Positions 47,255 to 57,740 of a DNA stretch of 64,000 nucleotides are shown here, piece by piece. The translations under genes and the position numbers were made by a program. The notes beneath the pieces are model-generated. The model saw only the letters and a program-made list of their open reading frames with translations. It was not told the DNA's origin and made no database searches. This DNA comes from Nitrospira sp. (GTDB lineage: Bacteria; Nitrospirota; Nitrospiria; Nitrospirales; Nitrospiraceae). The stretch spans positions 3,776,001 to 3,840,000 of the forward strand of contig AP038806.1 in the NCBI GenBank assembly GCA_047150005.1. The letters run 5' to 3'. The first letter of the stretch is position 1, and each line of letters opens with the position of its first letter.

Positions 47255-47617
47255 ATGGCTGGCGTCAAATCCATCCGTGCCGCTGTCACCACGATCAGCC
47301 TCAGCGTTGCGAGCCTGTTGTGCTCTGCGCCGATGACCGAAGCCCAAGCACGATCGGGCTCGTCATCTCCACGAACTGTGACGGGCCAGGTTTCAGCAGT
47401 CGAGGGAAGTTTCCATATGGCGAAGGATGCTCGGGGGGAAGACATCCTCAAATTCGTCGACAAGGCCTATACCATCACGACCCCCACAGGCCAGGAGATT
47501 CACTTGAAGCTCACTCGCGAGACTAAGGTCCCCGCGCGAGCGAATCCCGGCGACCGAGTGGAGGCCATGATCTCGGAGAACGGCCAAGCGCTGTCGGTCA
47601 AGCTGATCGAGCCATAA
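47255..47617 (+). CDS. Hypothetical secreted beta-rich protein
   Basis: GAGGAGG RBS, signal peptide, VTGQV...PGDRVEA. Confidence 0.7.
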   Translation: MAGVKSIRAAVTTISLSVASLLCSAPMTEAQARSGSSSPRTVTGQVSAVEGSFHMAKDARGEDILKFVDKAYTITTPTGQEIHLKLTRETKVPARANPGDRVEAMISENGQALSVKLIEP

Positions 47618-47821
47618 ACGGTTGTCTCCGGCATCCGTGCTTCCTCCATCGAACACGTGCGAGCCCACCAAGCCGTCGCCGTGAGAGGAACCGTGCATAC
47701 TCCGCTCGCGCATCCCAGGCCTGCAGGGACGATGAAGGACGGACGTCGCGCGTGCTACCCAATCCGCATACGTACCCGCCTCATAATGAACCATCGCGAG
47801 CGATTCACAGAGAGACGAGCC

Positions 47822-48139
47822 ATGAGACAGCCTATCGCGTTGATCGGTACGATCCTCATGCTTCTCACGTGTTCAACCGGATGTCCCTTGACGCTGGAGC
47901 AGCGATGGGAAGCCTTCGATGCGGACCGACGACAAGAAATCGGCGTCAAGACAAAGGACTATTTTCTGAAAGAGTGGGGGAAACCGGCGAAGCGGGACAC
48001 AACCGCCAATGGAGAAAGCGTGTGGACCTGGGAGTTCCGCGGATACGGCGGCGCACAAGGCTGGCGCAAGACGCTGATCTTTACACCGGAGGGAGTCCTG
48101 AAAGATTTTAGCCGAGACTACTGGCCGAAGGACGGGTAG
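47822..48139 (+). CDS. Hypothetical lipoprotein
   Basis: STGC lipobox-like, WGKP...VWTW motif. Confidence 0.7.
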   Translation: MRQPIALIGTILMLLTCSTGCPLTLEQRWEAFDADRRQEIGVKTKDYFLKEWGKPAKRDTTANGESVWTWEFRGYGGAQGWRKTLIFTPEGVLKDFSRDYWPKDG

Positions 48140-48203
48140 GGGTGCCCTCGCGATGGCGAGCATGACCGGAGGAGCGAGGTATCCGACGAAGCTCCCGTTT
48201 CAC

Positions 48204-48755
48204 TCACTCCTCAAACACCCTCCGATAACTCTCGCGCACCGACAGCTCCTTATTGTCGTGGGCGATCCGTTGCCACGCATCGCCTGCGCCGACCTCACCT
48301 TCCTCGATGACGGCCAGATAAAAGCCACAAAGACCGCTCGCATGAAAGCGCTTCGGCATATCCGGGCGCCGAAATCGCAACCCGAGTTTGTAGCAGGGGA
48401 GGCGCGGCTGAGTCACTTCGACCACCGCGCCGCCGATCCTGAACCGGTCGCCGATATGCACGGACTGCTCGTCCAGCCCCTCGCTGGTAAAGTTCTCTCC
48501 GAAGCTGCCGTACGGCAGCTTCTCGCCCGGCAGTTCCTTCCGCCAGAAGGCATAGTGCTCGGATGGGTAGACGTAGACCGCCTTATCCCGGCCGCCATGC
48601 ACGGCGAGATCGGCCTGCTGGTCGCCGTCGAGGTTGAAGCGCCGCAACATGATGCGGCTGTCGACCGGCTCTTTGTAGATGCCGGTGGCGATCGCTCTTC
48701 CGCGCCATCGCAGCGTGCGCGGAAGTCCGACTTGCACCGATAGGAGCTTCATCAC
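48204..48755 (-). CDS. MOSC-domain protein (YiiM-like)
   Basis: GDQQADLAVHGGRDKAV, FGEN, QPRLPCYKL. Confidence 0.9.
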   Translation of the reverse strand: MMKLLSVQVGLPRTLRWRGRAIATGIYKEPVDSRIMLRRFNLDGDQQADLAVHGGRDKAVYVYPSEHYAFWRKELPGEKLPYGSFGENFTSEGLDEQSVHIGDRFRIGGAVVEVTQPRLPCYKLGLRFRRPDMPKRFHASGLCGFYLAVIEEGEVGAGDAWQRIAHDNKELSVRESYRRVFEE

Positions 48756-48795
48756 AGACCTCCTTCGTCTTGTCTCTGCTTCCCATCGCCGGGCC

Positions 48796-49683
48796 TTACG
48801 CTCCGACGACGGTCGGTTCCAGTGACCTCAAGAAGGCCACGATCCGCTCTCCGATCTCCCTCCCGTGCGTTTCGAGAGCGAAATGCCCGGTATCGAAGAA
48901 TTCCACCCGGGCATTGGGATTGTCCCGTTGAAAAGCCCTCGCCCCGGCCGGAAGGAATAACGGGTCGGCATTGCCCCACACCGCCAACGTCGGCGGACGG
49001 TGAGTGCGGAAGTACCGTTGGAACTGGGGATACAGGTTCACGTTGCTCGCATAGTCGAGAAAGAGGTCCAACTGGATCTCGGCATTGCCCGGGCGCGCCA
49101 ACAGGGCTGAATCGAGGGCATAGGACTCCGGGGCCACACGTGCTGCGTCGGCGCCATGCGTGTATTGCCACTTGGTGGCCTCCGGCTCAAGAAAAGCTTT
49201 GAGCGCGGCGCGGTTTTCCGGCGAGGGATCGGCCCAATATTTCTGGATCGGATTCCAGCCGGTGCTGAGGCCTTCCTCGTAGGCATTGCCGTTCTGCGAC
49301 ACGATCGCCGTCATCCGCTCCGGATGCCGAAGCGCAAGGCGGAACCCAACCGGGGCGCCGTAGTCGAAGACATAGACGGCGTAACGGTTCAAGCCGACCG
49401 CTTCCGTGAACCGTTCCATCACCTCGGCAAGCCGCTCGAAACTGTACCGGAAGTGAGTTGGGCTTGGGGCATCGGAAAATCCGAACCCCGGCAAGTCGGG
49501 AGCCACGACGTGGAAATGCGGCGCGAGCAGGGGAATCAGGTTCCGGAACATGTGCGACGAGGTCGGGAACCCATGCAAGAGCAGGACGGCCGAGGCTGAC
49601 GGGTCGCCTGCTTCTCGATAGAAGATATGGAGCCCGTCCACATCTTGCGTGCGGTAGTGAATGGTGGAGTGATCAGCGGTCAT
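48796..49683 (-). CDS. Alpha/beta hydrolase (epoxide hydrolase/dehalogenase-like)
   Basis: LLHGFPTSS, PDLPGFG, FDYGAPVG, GHFALE. Confidence 0.92.
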   Translation of the reverse strand: MTADHSTIHYRTQDVDGLHIFYREAGDPSASAVLLLHGFPTSSHMFRNLIPLLAPHFHVVAPDLPGFGFSDAPSPTHFRYSFERLAEVMERFTEAVGLNRYAVYVFDYGAPVGFRLALRHPERMTAIVSQNGNAYEEGLSTGWNPIQKYWADPSPENRAALKAFLEPEATKWQYTHGADAARVAPESYALDSALLARPGNAEIQLDLFLDYASNVNLYPQFQRYFRTHRPPTLAVWGNADPLFLPAGARAFQRDNPNARVEFFDTGHFALETHGREIGERIVAFLRSLEPTVVGA

Positions 49684-49781
49684 GGCTGCCTCCTTATGAG
49701 AAGCGCCGGTATTGGACCGGCATGAGTGCTGGGATACAGGTTTCTTGCTCGCGCCGTCGGTCTAACTATCTAATACTTATA

Positions 49782-49816
49782 TTGACGGTTATATTACTTT
49801 TAGGATAACCTGTCAA
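49782..49816. promoter_or_regulatory. AT-rich inverted repeat between divergent hydrolase and regulator
   Basis: TTGAC-GGTTAT ... ATAACCTGTCAA. Confidence 0.55.
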
Positions 49817-49818
49817 CT

Positions 49819-50436
49819 ATGTCTTTACTGGTCAGTCCCATTCGGTTTCTTTTCCTCGGCAACCATCCCTGCCTAGACTTCATCAACACCCAGATCGTAT
49901 TGGAGGGTCAGCCCGTCGATCTGTTGAACTCTTTTTCCGATCTGATCCGCTGGCTTGCGCAGGCGAAGCTGCTCACCGAAGATCCGAAACAGATCGAGCG
50001 GCAATGGGCCGGAGGGACCAAGGGGAAGCGCCTCCTCGACCAAGCGCAGGCCTTTCGCGCCGTGCTACGGAAGATGGTTAAACGGATCGCCTCCGGCAAG
50101 CGCGTTCCTCAGGAAGCGGTGGAGGCCATCAACGCACAATTACAGTCCCGTGTCGCCTATCCTCAAGTGATCAGCCACAAAGGACGGTTCGAGCGGGTCT
50201 TTCGAGCCGAATCCCAAGACCACCGCCGGTTGATCGGGTTGCTCGCGGAGACCGCGAGCGACTTGCTCTGCACCTGCGATCTCGCTCTGATCAAGAAATG
50301 CCGGAATCCGGCCTGCGTCCTCTTTTTTTACGATACGACCAAGAATCACGCACGGCACTGGTGCAGCATGAGTCTCTGCGGCAACCGCAGCAAGGTGGCC
50401 GCCCACTATCGGAGACATCGGCGGACCAAGGCCTGA
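49819..50436 (+). CDS. ABATE/CGNR zinc-finger regulator
   Basis: LDFINT; C..PAC..FFYDTTKN..RHWCSMSLCGNRSKV. Confidence 0.92.
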   Translation: MSLLVSPIRFLFLGNHPCLDFINTQIVLEGQPVDLLNSFSDLIRWLAQAKLLTEDPKQIERQWAGGTKGKRLLDQAQAFRAVLRKMVKRIASGKRVPQEAVEAINAQLQSRVAYPQVISHKGRFERVFRAESQDHRRLIGLLAETASDLLCTCDLALIKKCRNPACVLFFYDTTKNHARHWCSMSLCGNRSKVAAHYRRHRRTKA

Positions 50437-50561
50437 ACCGATAGCATCCGACTCTTCCACGCGGCTCCACTCACAGGAGATGCGTCGCTCACTAGGCTTC
50501 CAAACTATATGGGTTTGCGATAAGCTGCCCGCCTCGGCAACATGCAGGAGGCACTATTTCT

Positions 50562-51422
50562 ATGGCGGTCGAAACAGGAACGGTCACGTCGTTGTGGAGG
50601 TATCCGGTCAAGTCCATGGGAGGAGAGGAATTGGCGGCGGCTGAAGTGACGGCGTATGGTCTGCTCGGCGATCGCGCCTATGCATTGATCGACAGTGCCG
50701 ACGGCAAGGCAGCCACCGCCAAAAATCCTGGCAAGTGGCCCACGATGTTCGCGTTCCGCGCCGCATTCGTCGAGCCTCCCAAGAAGGGCACGGCCATCCC
50801 CGCGGTCCGTATCACGCTGCCGAACGGAGAGACCGTCAACACGACAGCGGCTGAATGCGATCATGTCCTGTCACGAATCTTGAATCGGACCGTGACGGTG
50901 GCGAAGGCCGAGGGTGGCCGTGTGTCCGGCGTGCAGACGTCGCTACGGGCTTGGAGCGGGAAGTCGGAGGAATACCGCCTCGACATCGAAGGAATCGATC
51001 AGCGCGACAGCGTCCAGGATTTCACGCTTCCAACCGGCACGTTTTTCGATGGAGCCCTGGTTCATCTGGTGACCACCGCCACACTCAGCCGGCTTCATGA
51101 GCTCTATCCCAGCGGTCACTTCGAGGCGCCGCGCTTTCGTCCGAACGTGGTCGTGGATGTAGGAAGCGGGGAAAAGCGTTTCCTGGAACAGAGCTGGATC
51201 GGCCGAACCGTGGCGATCGGCGACGTGATGTTGAAGATTACAGACCCTTGTGCTCGCTGCGTCATGACGACACTCCCTCAAGGCGATCTTCCGAAGGACA
51301 CGGGCATCTTGAAGACGGCTGTCCAGCATAGTCAGGGCTATGTCGGCGTCTATGCCGCCGTTGTCAGCGAAGGAACGATCAAGCGGGGAGATACGGTCAG
51401 CGTCGGTGATGCGACGGCCTAG
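50562..51422 (+). CDS. MOSC-domain protein (YcbX/mARC-like)
   Basis: LWRYPVKSMGGE, GDR, RFRPN, CARCVMT. Confidence 0.9.
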   Translation: MAVETGTVTSLWRYPVKSMGGEELAAAEVTAYGLLGDRAYALIDSADGKAATAKNPGKWPTMFAFRAAFVEPPKKGTAIPAVRITLPNGETVNTTAAECDHVLSRILNRTVTVAKAEGGRVSGVQTSLRAWSGKSEEYRLDIEGIDQRDSVQDFTLPTGTFFDGALVHLVTTATLSRLHELYPSGHFEAPRFRPNVVVDVGSGEKRFLEQSWIGRTVAIGDVMLKITDPCARCVMTTLPQGDLPKDTGILKTAVQHSQGYVGVYAAVVSEGTIKRGDTVSVGDATA

Positions 51423-51747
51423 CAGAGAGATCGATGTCTCCCGCGCCGCTTCCATGAGATCAATCATGAGACCGCTCATGCATGGGACACATACCCGTAC
51501 TGTCTTGAGATTCCGTGTCGGTAACTGCAAAGTCAACGCCGTCAGCAGGTGATGGGCAAGTAGACGGCTGCTTCGTCCGCCACAATTGATCGGCCTCTTT
51601 TGCGCTGCCGCGATGTGAAACTCCGACCGATTGCGCGCCGGTTGCGCCGGTCGACATTACCTCTTACAATGCCTCGGAACATCGGCCTGTTCGATCACGG
51701 ACAGGACTTTCCGTATCGCTCACGTCGATCGTCTTCAACGGGAGGGC

Positions 51748-52317
51748 ATGATGCAGTCGGATGTGTTGAGCAAGCTCGGCCCGCTGGCGCCGCTGGCCGG
51801 CATCTGGGAGGGGCAGAAGGGCGAGGACGTCGCGCCCTCGGACGATCGGGGAACCGAACACAACAAGTTCCATGAACGGATGACGTTCGAGCCGATCCTT
51901 CCCGTGCAAAATCATGAACAGATGCTGTACGGCTTGCGCTATGCGACGGTGGCGCGGCGGATCGGAGAAACCAATCCATTCCATGAAGAGGTCGGGTACT
52001 GGTTGTGGGATCCGGCAGAACGGCAGGTGCTCCGATGTTTCATCGTCCCGCGCGGCATCGCACTGATCGTCGGAGGCACGGTGGAGCCGACGGCCACGGT
52101 ATTTACCCTGACGGCTGATGTGGAGTCGGACACGTATGGCATCTGCTCGAACCGCTTCCTCGATCGGGAATTCAAGACCGTGCGCTTCGAATTGACCGTG
52201 ACGATCTTCGATCGAGACCGGTTTCACTATAAGGAAAACTCGTTGCTCCGGATGCCGGGAAAGCCGGATCTGTTTCACCATACGGATCAGAACATGCTGA
52301 CGCGGGTGTCCGGGTAG
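51748..52317 (+). CDS. Nitrobindin/THAP4-like heme-binding beta-barrel (DUF1794)
   Basis: LGPLAPLAGIWEG, FHEEVGYWLW, PRG, FHHTDQN. Confidence 0.8.
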   Translation: MMQSDVLSKLGPLAPLAGIWEGQKGEDVAPSDDRGTEHNKFHERMTFEPILPVQNHEQMLYGLRYATVARRIGETNPFHEEVGYWLWDPAERQVLRCFIVPRGIALIVGGTVEPTATVFTLTADVESDTYGICSNRFLDREFKTVRFELTVTIFDRDRFHYKENSLLRMPGKPDLFHHTDQNMLTRVSG

Positions 52318-52329
52318 AATCGTGACCCG

Positions 52330-52821
52330 CTAAGCGGCGCGGTCTCGGTCGGATTGGTCCGGACTCCCTTGGCACGTCCCGAGACGACGAGCCAAGACGG
52401 ACTGGATGCTCAGCAACTCGTCCTGGCCCACCGGATCGGCTTGGATGCAGCGATTGAGCGGGATACCGGCTGCTTCAATCTCAGGCTCGAATTTTCCGAT
52501 GTCGTCGTCGACCCAGAACCACTCGCGCCCGTTCAGCTTTTGCACGGCCTGCTGAACCCAGACCACTTTGTTCTCCAAGTTCGTCCAATTGGCGTGACGG
52601 AAGGGCGGGGGCTCGTCGTACTGTCCGAACTTCTCGCAATACAGTACCTTCAAGAGCGTCTTGATCTTCTCGGATTCCCACGAGGTCAACCATATGAGTT
52701 CGAAGTGCTCATGTGCCCAGGCAAGCCAGGACTTCACGCCGGGTCGGAGCTGAAACTCACCTGCATAGTCTCCGAACAGCACCCCATCGATGTCATGGAA
52801 CAGGATCGGTAAGCTTTTCAT
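52330..52821 (-). CDS. HAD-superfamily protein
   Basis: DIDGVL, WLTSW, K, WVDDD. Confidence 0.8.
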   Translation of the reverse strand: MKSLPILFHDIDGVLFGDYAGEFQLRPGVKSWLAWAHEHFELIWLTSWESEKIKTLLKVLYCEKFGQYDEPPPFRHANWTNLENKVVWVQQAVQKLNGREWFWVDDDIGKFEPEIEAAGIPLNRCIQADPVGQDELLSIQSVLARRLGTCQGSPDQSDRDRAA

Positions 52822-52990
52822 ACGGCGCCTCCGGGATCACTCTAGCAGAAGCCTTCCGGGAGGACACCAAATTCACTGTTTGTTTTCTTTCGGCCAGTGC
52901 TCTTTCAGGTGTCACCTTTCTCCCGCCCTACGTTATGATTAAGTCGCCCGTCAGGACTATGCTTCGTTTGCCTGTGGTTCCGAATTGAGC

Positions 52991-54970
52991 ATGCCCAACG
53001 ACCAGCCCGTCGTCCCTGCCACGGTCACGCTGCCTGAAATCACCGCCAAAGCGGTCGTGCTGTCGATCATCCTCGCGGCGGTGCTGGCCGCCGCCAACGC
53101 CTATCTGGGCCTGTTCGCCGGCATGACCGTCTCCGCATCTATTCCAGCCGCCGTCGCCTCCATGGCCATTCTTCGGCTCTTCCGGCAATCGAACATTCTC
53201 GAAAACAATATCGTGCAAACCGCCGCCTCGTCCGGCGAAGCGCTCGCGGCCGGGGTGATCTTCACGATTCCCGCTCTGCTGTTGGTCGGCTATTGGTCCG
53301 CCTTCGACTACTGGCAGACCGCCGTGATCGCCATGGTCGGCGGACTTCTCGGCGTACTCTTCACCATTCCATTGAGAAGGGCGCTCATCGTCACGGCTCA
53401 CCTGCGGTTTCCCGAAGGGCTGGCGACGGCGGAGGTCTTGAAGGTCTCGGCAGGGAACCGGGACGAGGATAGGCGAGGCTCGTCGGCCGACTTCACGGCT
53501 CTGGCCATCGCCTCCGCCATCGGCGGAGCGGTGAAGTTCTGCGAGAGCGGCTTGCGCCTGTGGGCCGAATCGGTCGAAGGGGCGGCGCAGGTGGGGCGAA
53601 CAGTCCTCTACACCGGCATCAACCTGTCGCCCGCGCTGCTCGCCGTGGGCTTCATCATCGGCTTCCAGACGTCGGTGGTCGTGTTCGCCGGCGGCGTGGT
53701 CGGCTGGCTCGTCCTGATGCCGGCATACGGACTGTTGAATGGGCTACCGCCTGATCTCACGGACTTGGCCGCGGCCAGGACGATCTGGAGCCAGCACATC
53801 CGCTACGTGGGTATCGGCGCGATGCTGGTGGGCGGCTTGTGGACACTGACGAAGCTGCGCGAGCCTGTCTGGAAAAGTGTGCAGACACTCCGTGACAGTT
53901 ATCAGACTTCCCGCATCGCGCAGGCCGATGCAGCCATGCCACGGACGGAGCAGGATGCGTCGCTGCCGTGGATCGTCATTCCGTTCATCCTCTCGCTGCT
54001 CCCGATGGCCTGGATCTATTCACGCGTCGTGGACAGTCTCTCGATCGGCCTGGTGATGACGGTCGTGATGGCGCTCGCGGCTTTTCTCTTCTCCTCGGTC
54101 GCGGCCTACATGGCGGGACTGGTCGGGAGTTCGAGCAATCCCGTCTCGGGCGTGACGATCGCGACGATCATGCTGGCGGCTTTGTTGCTCGTCCTGTTCA
54201 TAGGCGCAGGCCATCCAGCTGGTCCCGCGGCGGCGCTGGTCATCGGAGCGGTGGTGTGCTGCGCTGCCGCAATGGGAGGAGACAACCTCCAGGATCTCAA
54301 GACCGGCCATCTGGTCGGCGCCACCCCCTGGAAGCAGCAGATCATGCAGGTTGTCGGTGTGGTGACCGGCGCCCTCATCCTGGTTCCGGTGCTGTCCCTG
54401 CTCCACGCGAAGTACGGTATCGGCGAGCCGACGGCTGTGCATCCGCATCCGTTGAGCGCACCCCAGGCTACATTGATGGCGAGCCTCACACGCAGCGTCT
54501 TTGGAGTGGGATTGCCATGGTCTCTGGTCGGATTCGGCGCCGCGATCGGCGTCCTGGTGATCCTCTTAGACCGAAAGCTGGAGGCGCGCGGGAGCGACTT
54601 CCGTCTGCCGGTCCTCGCAGTCGCTCTCGGCATCTACCTGCCGCTCAAACTGTCGGCCGCCATCGTTGTCGGCGGCGTCATCGCCGCCTTGGCCGACCGG
54701 ACGGCACGCGGGGGAGAGGAGTCCTCACGCTCGGGCCTGCTGTTTTCAGCCGGATTGATTACCGGAGAAGCCTTGATGGGCATTTTACTCGCCATGCCCA
54801 TCGCACTCGCCGCGGTGTTTCCCGGCCTCTCCGCCGATCCCTTCACGCTCTTCGATGCACCTCCGGCCGGAGGCTGGCCAGGCCTCGCGATTGTGTCACT
54901 GATCGGAGTGCTGCTCTACCGCATTACGACAAGGAGAGTGACACCGGCGCGCGGCGCGCGGCGGTCCTGA
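52991..54970 (+). CDS. OPT-family oligopeptide/metal-chelate transporter
   Basis: NAYLGLFAGMTVSASIPAAV, ENNIVQT, FPEG, QDLKTG..VGATPWKQQ. Confidence 0.93.
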   Translation: MPNDQPVVPATVTLPEITAKAVVLSIILAAVLAAANAYLGLFAGMTVSASIPAAVASMAILRLFRQSNILENNIVQTAASSGEALAAGVIFTIPALLLVGYWSAFDYWQTAVIAMVGGLLGVLFTIPLRRALIVTAHLRFPEGLATAEVLKVSAGNRDEDRRGSSADFTALAIASAIGGAVKFCESGLRLWAESVEGAAQVGRTVLYTGINLSPALLAVGFIIGFQTSVVVFAGGVVGWLVLMPAYGLLNGLPPDLTDLAAARTIWSQHIRYVGIGAMLVGGLWTLTKLREPVWKSVQTLRDSYQTSRIAQADAAMPRTEQDASLPWIVIPFILSLLPMAWIYSRVVDSLSIGLVMTVVMALAAFLFSSVAAYMAGLVGSSSNPVSGVTIATIMLAALLLVLFIGAGHPAGPAAALVIGAVVCCAAAMGGDNLQDLKTGHLVGATPWKQQIMQVVGVVTGALILVPVLSLLHAKYGIGEPTAVHPHPLSAPQATLMASLTRSVFGVGLPWSLVGFGAAIGVLVILLDRKLEARGSDFRLPVLAVALGIYLPLKLSAAIVVGGVIAALADRTARGGEESSRSGLLFSAGLITGEALMGILLAMPIALAAVFPGLSADPFTLFDAPPAGGWPGLAIVSLIGVLLYRITTRRVTPARGARRS

Positions 54971-55033
54971 ACAGGATCTCCACCATGCAATCGGCCGGCG
55001 AAACAAGTACACTGCCATGAGTTGGAGGCATAC

Positions 55034-55312
55034 ATGGCACGATCCAGACGACCCGAACTCGAAAAGGACAATCCGTCGGCCCCGGAGGTCTACGTGGGAC
55101 GGCGGCGAAAGGGTAAGAATCTTCGCGGAGAGGGCGGCACCGGCATCATCGAGACGTTGGAGCACCTGGCGGATGCAGCGGAGCGGTTCGTGAATCGAGT
55201 CCCGCGACTGCGGAAGCACGAAGCGGACCGACAGGCGCTGCTGGATGCCATCACGCAGGCGCAGCTGACCTTGTCGGTCCAAATCGTCTCCTCCCACAAA
55301 CCTGTTCACTAG
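55034..55312 (+). CDS. Hypothetical protein
   Basis: GGAGG RBS, operon-like position. Confidence 0.55.
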   Translation: MARSRRPELEKDNPSAPEVYVGRRRKGKNLRGEGGTGIIETLEHLADAAERFVNRVPRLRKHEADRQALLDAITQAQLTLSVQIVSSHKPVH

Positions 55313-55372
55313 ACCGGCACGGTACCCGATGCCGCGTGGTCACCTCGTACCGAGAGGCTCGGAACGGAGGGC

Positions 55373-55741
55373 ATGATGTCCGGACGATACAGCTGGCGGG
55401 CCGGACGGTATCTCAAGGACAAGGAGCGACTGAACCGCCTCCTCGGCGAAGCCCTATCGATGGCACGGGCGAGGGGCGGAGCCATCTGGACGGACATCCA
55501 TCTGTTGGCCAGATTGCTCAAGGCCTGGATGAACGGCGCCTACAAGGGAGTCTCCCTGCAGACATTGGTGGCGATCGTCGCGTCGTTGCTCTATTTCATC
55601 AATCCGCTCGACGTGATTCCCGACTTCGTCCCGGGGCTGGGCTATGTCGATGATGCGGCGCTGATCGCCTGGCTGTTGAAGAGCTTGGCAGGGGATCTCG
55701 ATCAATTCACGAACTGGGAGAACGGCAGCGAAAATCTGTAG
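55373..55741 (+). CDS. YkvA/DUF1232 family protein
   Basis: LYFINPLDVIPDFVPGLGYVDDA. Confidence 0.9.
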   Translation: MMSGRYSWRAGRYLKDKERLNRLLGEALSMARARGGAIWTDIHLLARLLKAWMNGAYKGVSLQTLVAIVASLLYFINPLDVIPDFVPGLGYVDDAALIAWLLKSLAGDLDQFTNWENGSENL

Positions 55742-55784
55742 CGACTTGCACCAGGCCGGATCAGCCGGCCGCACACAGCGGACT

Positions 55785-56135
55785 CTATCTTGCGCCACCC
55801 GCTGTCGGCTGGTAATAGAGGCGGTCGAAATAGGATTCCCCGCCTTGGGTCATGTTGCCGTAGTTGCCCATCGTGCGCATCCGCTTTTCCCTGTCGGCCC
55901 GTTCCTTGTCTTCTTCCTCGGCCCTGCGATTGAAATAATCGGTCGTCGCCTCGAAGCTGGTCATATCGGCGAGATTCTTGCCCCCGATATGGTCCACGCC
56001 GGACGCTCTCCCGCTGGAGCCGCTCCCCAAGTAAGATGATTGCACCACCATCTGACCGTGGGCCGACGGGACAGTGCAGGCTCCGACTGCGAACGTAAGA
56101 ACAAGACTGACCAGGAGGCTGAGGGAAAGCATCAT
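55785..56135 (-). CDS. Hypothetical lipoprotein
   Basis: VGAC lipobox after hydrophobic N-terminus. Confidence 0.55.
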   Translation of the reverse strand: MMLSLSLLVSLVLTFAVGACTVPSAHGQMVVQSSYLGSGSSGRASGVDHIGGKNLADMTSFEATTDYFNRRAEEEDKERADREKRMRTMGNYGNMTQGGESYFDRLYYQPTAGGAR

Positions 56136-56213
56136 CGTGGGTCCATTCCTTTCTTGACTACTCTAGAGCGGACAGGCTGAACCGAAATACCGCCGTCTTG
56201 GTTGCCGGTACGG

Positions 56214-56414
56214 TCACTGAGCGCGAAGCGTGGTCGCCAGGCCCAAACTGTTCCGGCTCAGCTTGATACGGCCGGTACGGCCCAGACGATCGACTTCGTG
56301 AAACACTTCGAACCAGCTCAACCCCGGCAGGCTACGGATCAATTGTCCTAAGGCGCAGTCCGGATGGGCCTTCACGGCTTCGAGAATCTGATCGGCAGCA
56401 GTATGTTGGTCCAT
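56214..56414 (-). CDS. Small winged-helix-like hypothetical protein
   Basis: ILEAVKAHPDC.L..L...LPGLSW.EVF.EVDRL.RTG.I.L. Confidence 0.6.
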   Translation of the reverse strand: MDQHTAADQILEAVKAHPDCALGQLIRSLPGLSWFEVFHEVDRLGRTGRIKLSRNSLGLATTLRAQ

Positions 56415-56932
56415 ATCGTCCCACTGGCTCTGAGCAATGCGTGAGTGTCTGAACTCACAATTCTTCAAATCTTCAAATGCGCAAATCGTGTGCAAATCGC
56501 GGTCCTGCGGCTGATGGTGAGCAGACCGATTGAACGGCTGTAATTCCGCATAATTATGGCGGTCGGCCCTTTAGGCGTTTGGCTACCGGCACACATCAGG
56601 CATTTTCGCTCACGTCCCGTTGAGCGGAATCGCTCGGATCTATGGCTCTCACCTCTCACACAATCGATGCCTTTGCCCGGCTCGGTCTGTTCGGTCTGTA
56701 TGGGGCCGACAGGTCGGGATCGGACGTTCGCCAATTCACGGCTTCGAGCGGAACATGCATCCCGGTCGGAGCCATGCGGGGATCGAACAGACATTCTCAG
56801 GAGCAGCCGTAACCATGAACAGGGCTGGATCCGTGCTGACACCGCCCGGCGTCTCGTAGTGGTCGAGGCTCGCGATCATGAGGCGAAATACTGACTCGGG
56901 TAGGGTACAGAACGGGGAGAGACGACGTGGGC

Positions 56933-57493
56933 TCAGGCGAACCGGAAAGCCGGCCGCCTAAGCGAGAACACCGACCAGGTCAGATGTTTGAAGATGATGA
57001 TCTGGAGACGCCGTCGTTCTTCCGGCGTGACAGAGAGGAACTCGGCACCGAACGTACGGCAACCGACGTGACGCACGGTGGTCCCAATGAGCCGTAGGGG
57101 AGGCCCTCCGTCCCTGAGATAGAGAACGAGCGTGATTTGGCTCCCTCGATAGGGCGGTGTGAGGCTTGCGACCTGGCAGCCGGTCTTGGAAAGATCGACG
57201 AGCGTCCCGTCGAGCTGGGCCACGGACCCATGGATTTCTTCCGACGTGAAGCTCACCGGGCAATCCACGGGCGCCCGTTCGGCGCCCCGGCGATCCATCC
57301 CATCCCCATCCCCGTCTTGTGCATGAGATCTGCGCTGCCCCTCGTGCCCGTCTTGCGCCAATGCCTCCACGACCCTTTCTTGAGCTGAAACCGGCTCCTC
57401 CAGTTTAACCGTCACATCGATTGGAGTGGTGTCCATCTGCGTCACCTTCATGTGTCTGCCTGCACCGAGTACCGCGTGCAGATGACGATACAA
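56933..57493 (-). CDS. PilZ-domain protein
   Basis: RRGAER and DLSKTG c-di-GMP motifs, FGAEF; TTG start with GGAGGT. Confidence 0.85.
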   Translation of the reverse strand: MYRHLHAVLGAGRHMKVTQMDTTPIDVTVKLEEPVSAQERVVEALAQDGHEGQRRSHAQDGDGDGMDRRGAERAPVDCPVSFTSEEIHGSVAQLDGTLVDLSKTGCQVASLTPPYRGSQITLVLYLRDGGPPLRLIGTTVRHVGCRTFGAEFLSVTPEERRRLQIIIFKHLTWSVFSLRRPAFRFA

Positions 57494-57740
57494 CCGTCAC
57501 CTCCCTGTTGCTTTCCCTAAGGAGAGGGGTGTGATCCCCCTCCAATGGGGAAGACGAAACCTTGTAGTGTCTCGCGATCGCCGCGGCGGGAAAACTCGTG
57601 AGATCCCCATGTCCTTCCTTCACCGAACCGAACCCTGTAAGATGCTCTTGTCGCCCGTCCTGATGCGGTCGCACCCGGTACGGATTGCCGCAGAGGTCGG
57701 ATGACGATCTTTATCAACCATTCATCGACATGGGGGATTC

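Noticed and set aside
57500..57700. c-di-GMP riboswitch upstream of the PilZ gene
   Set aside because: The GGCAAA / GNRA / GACGCAAA signature of class I could not be found by eye; needs an Rfam scan
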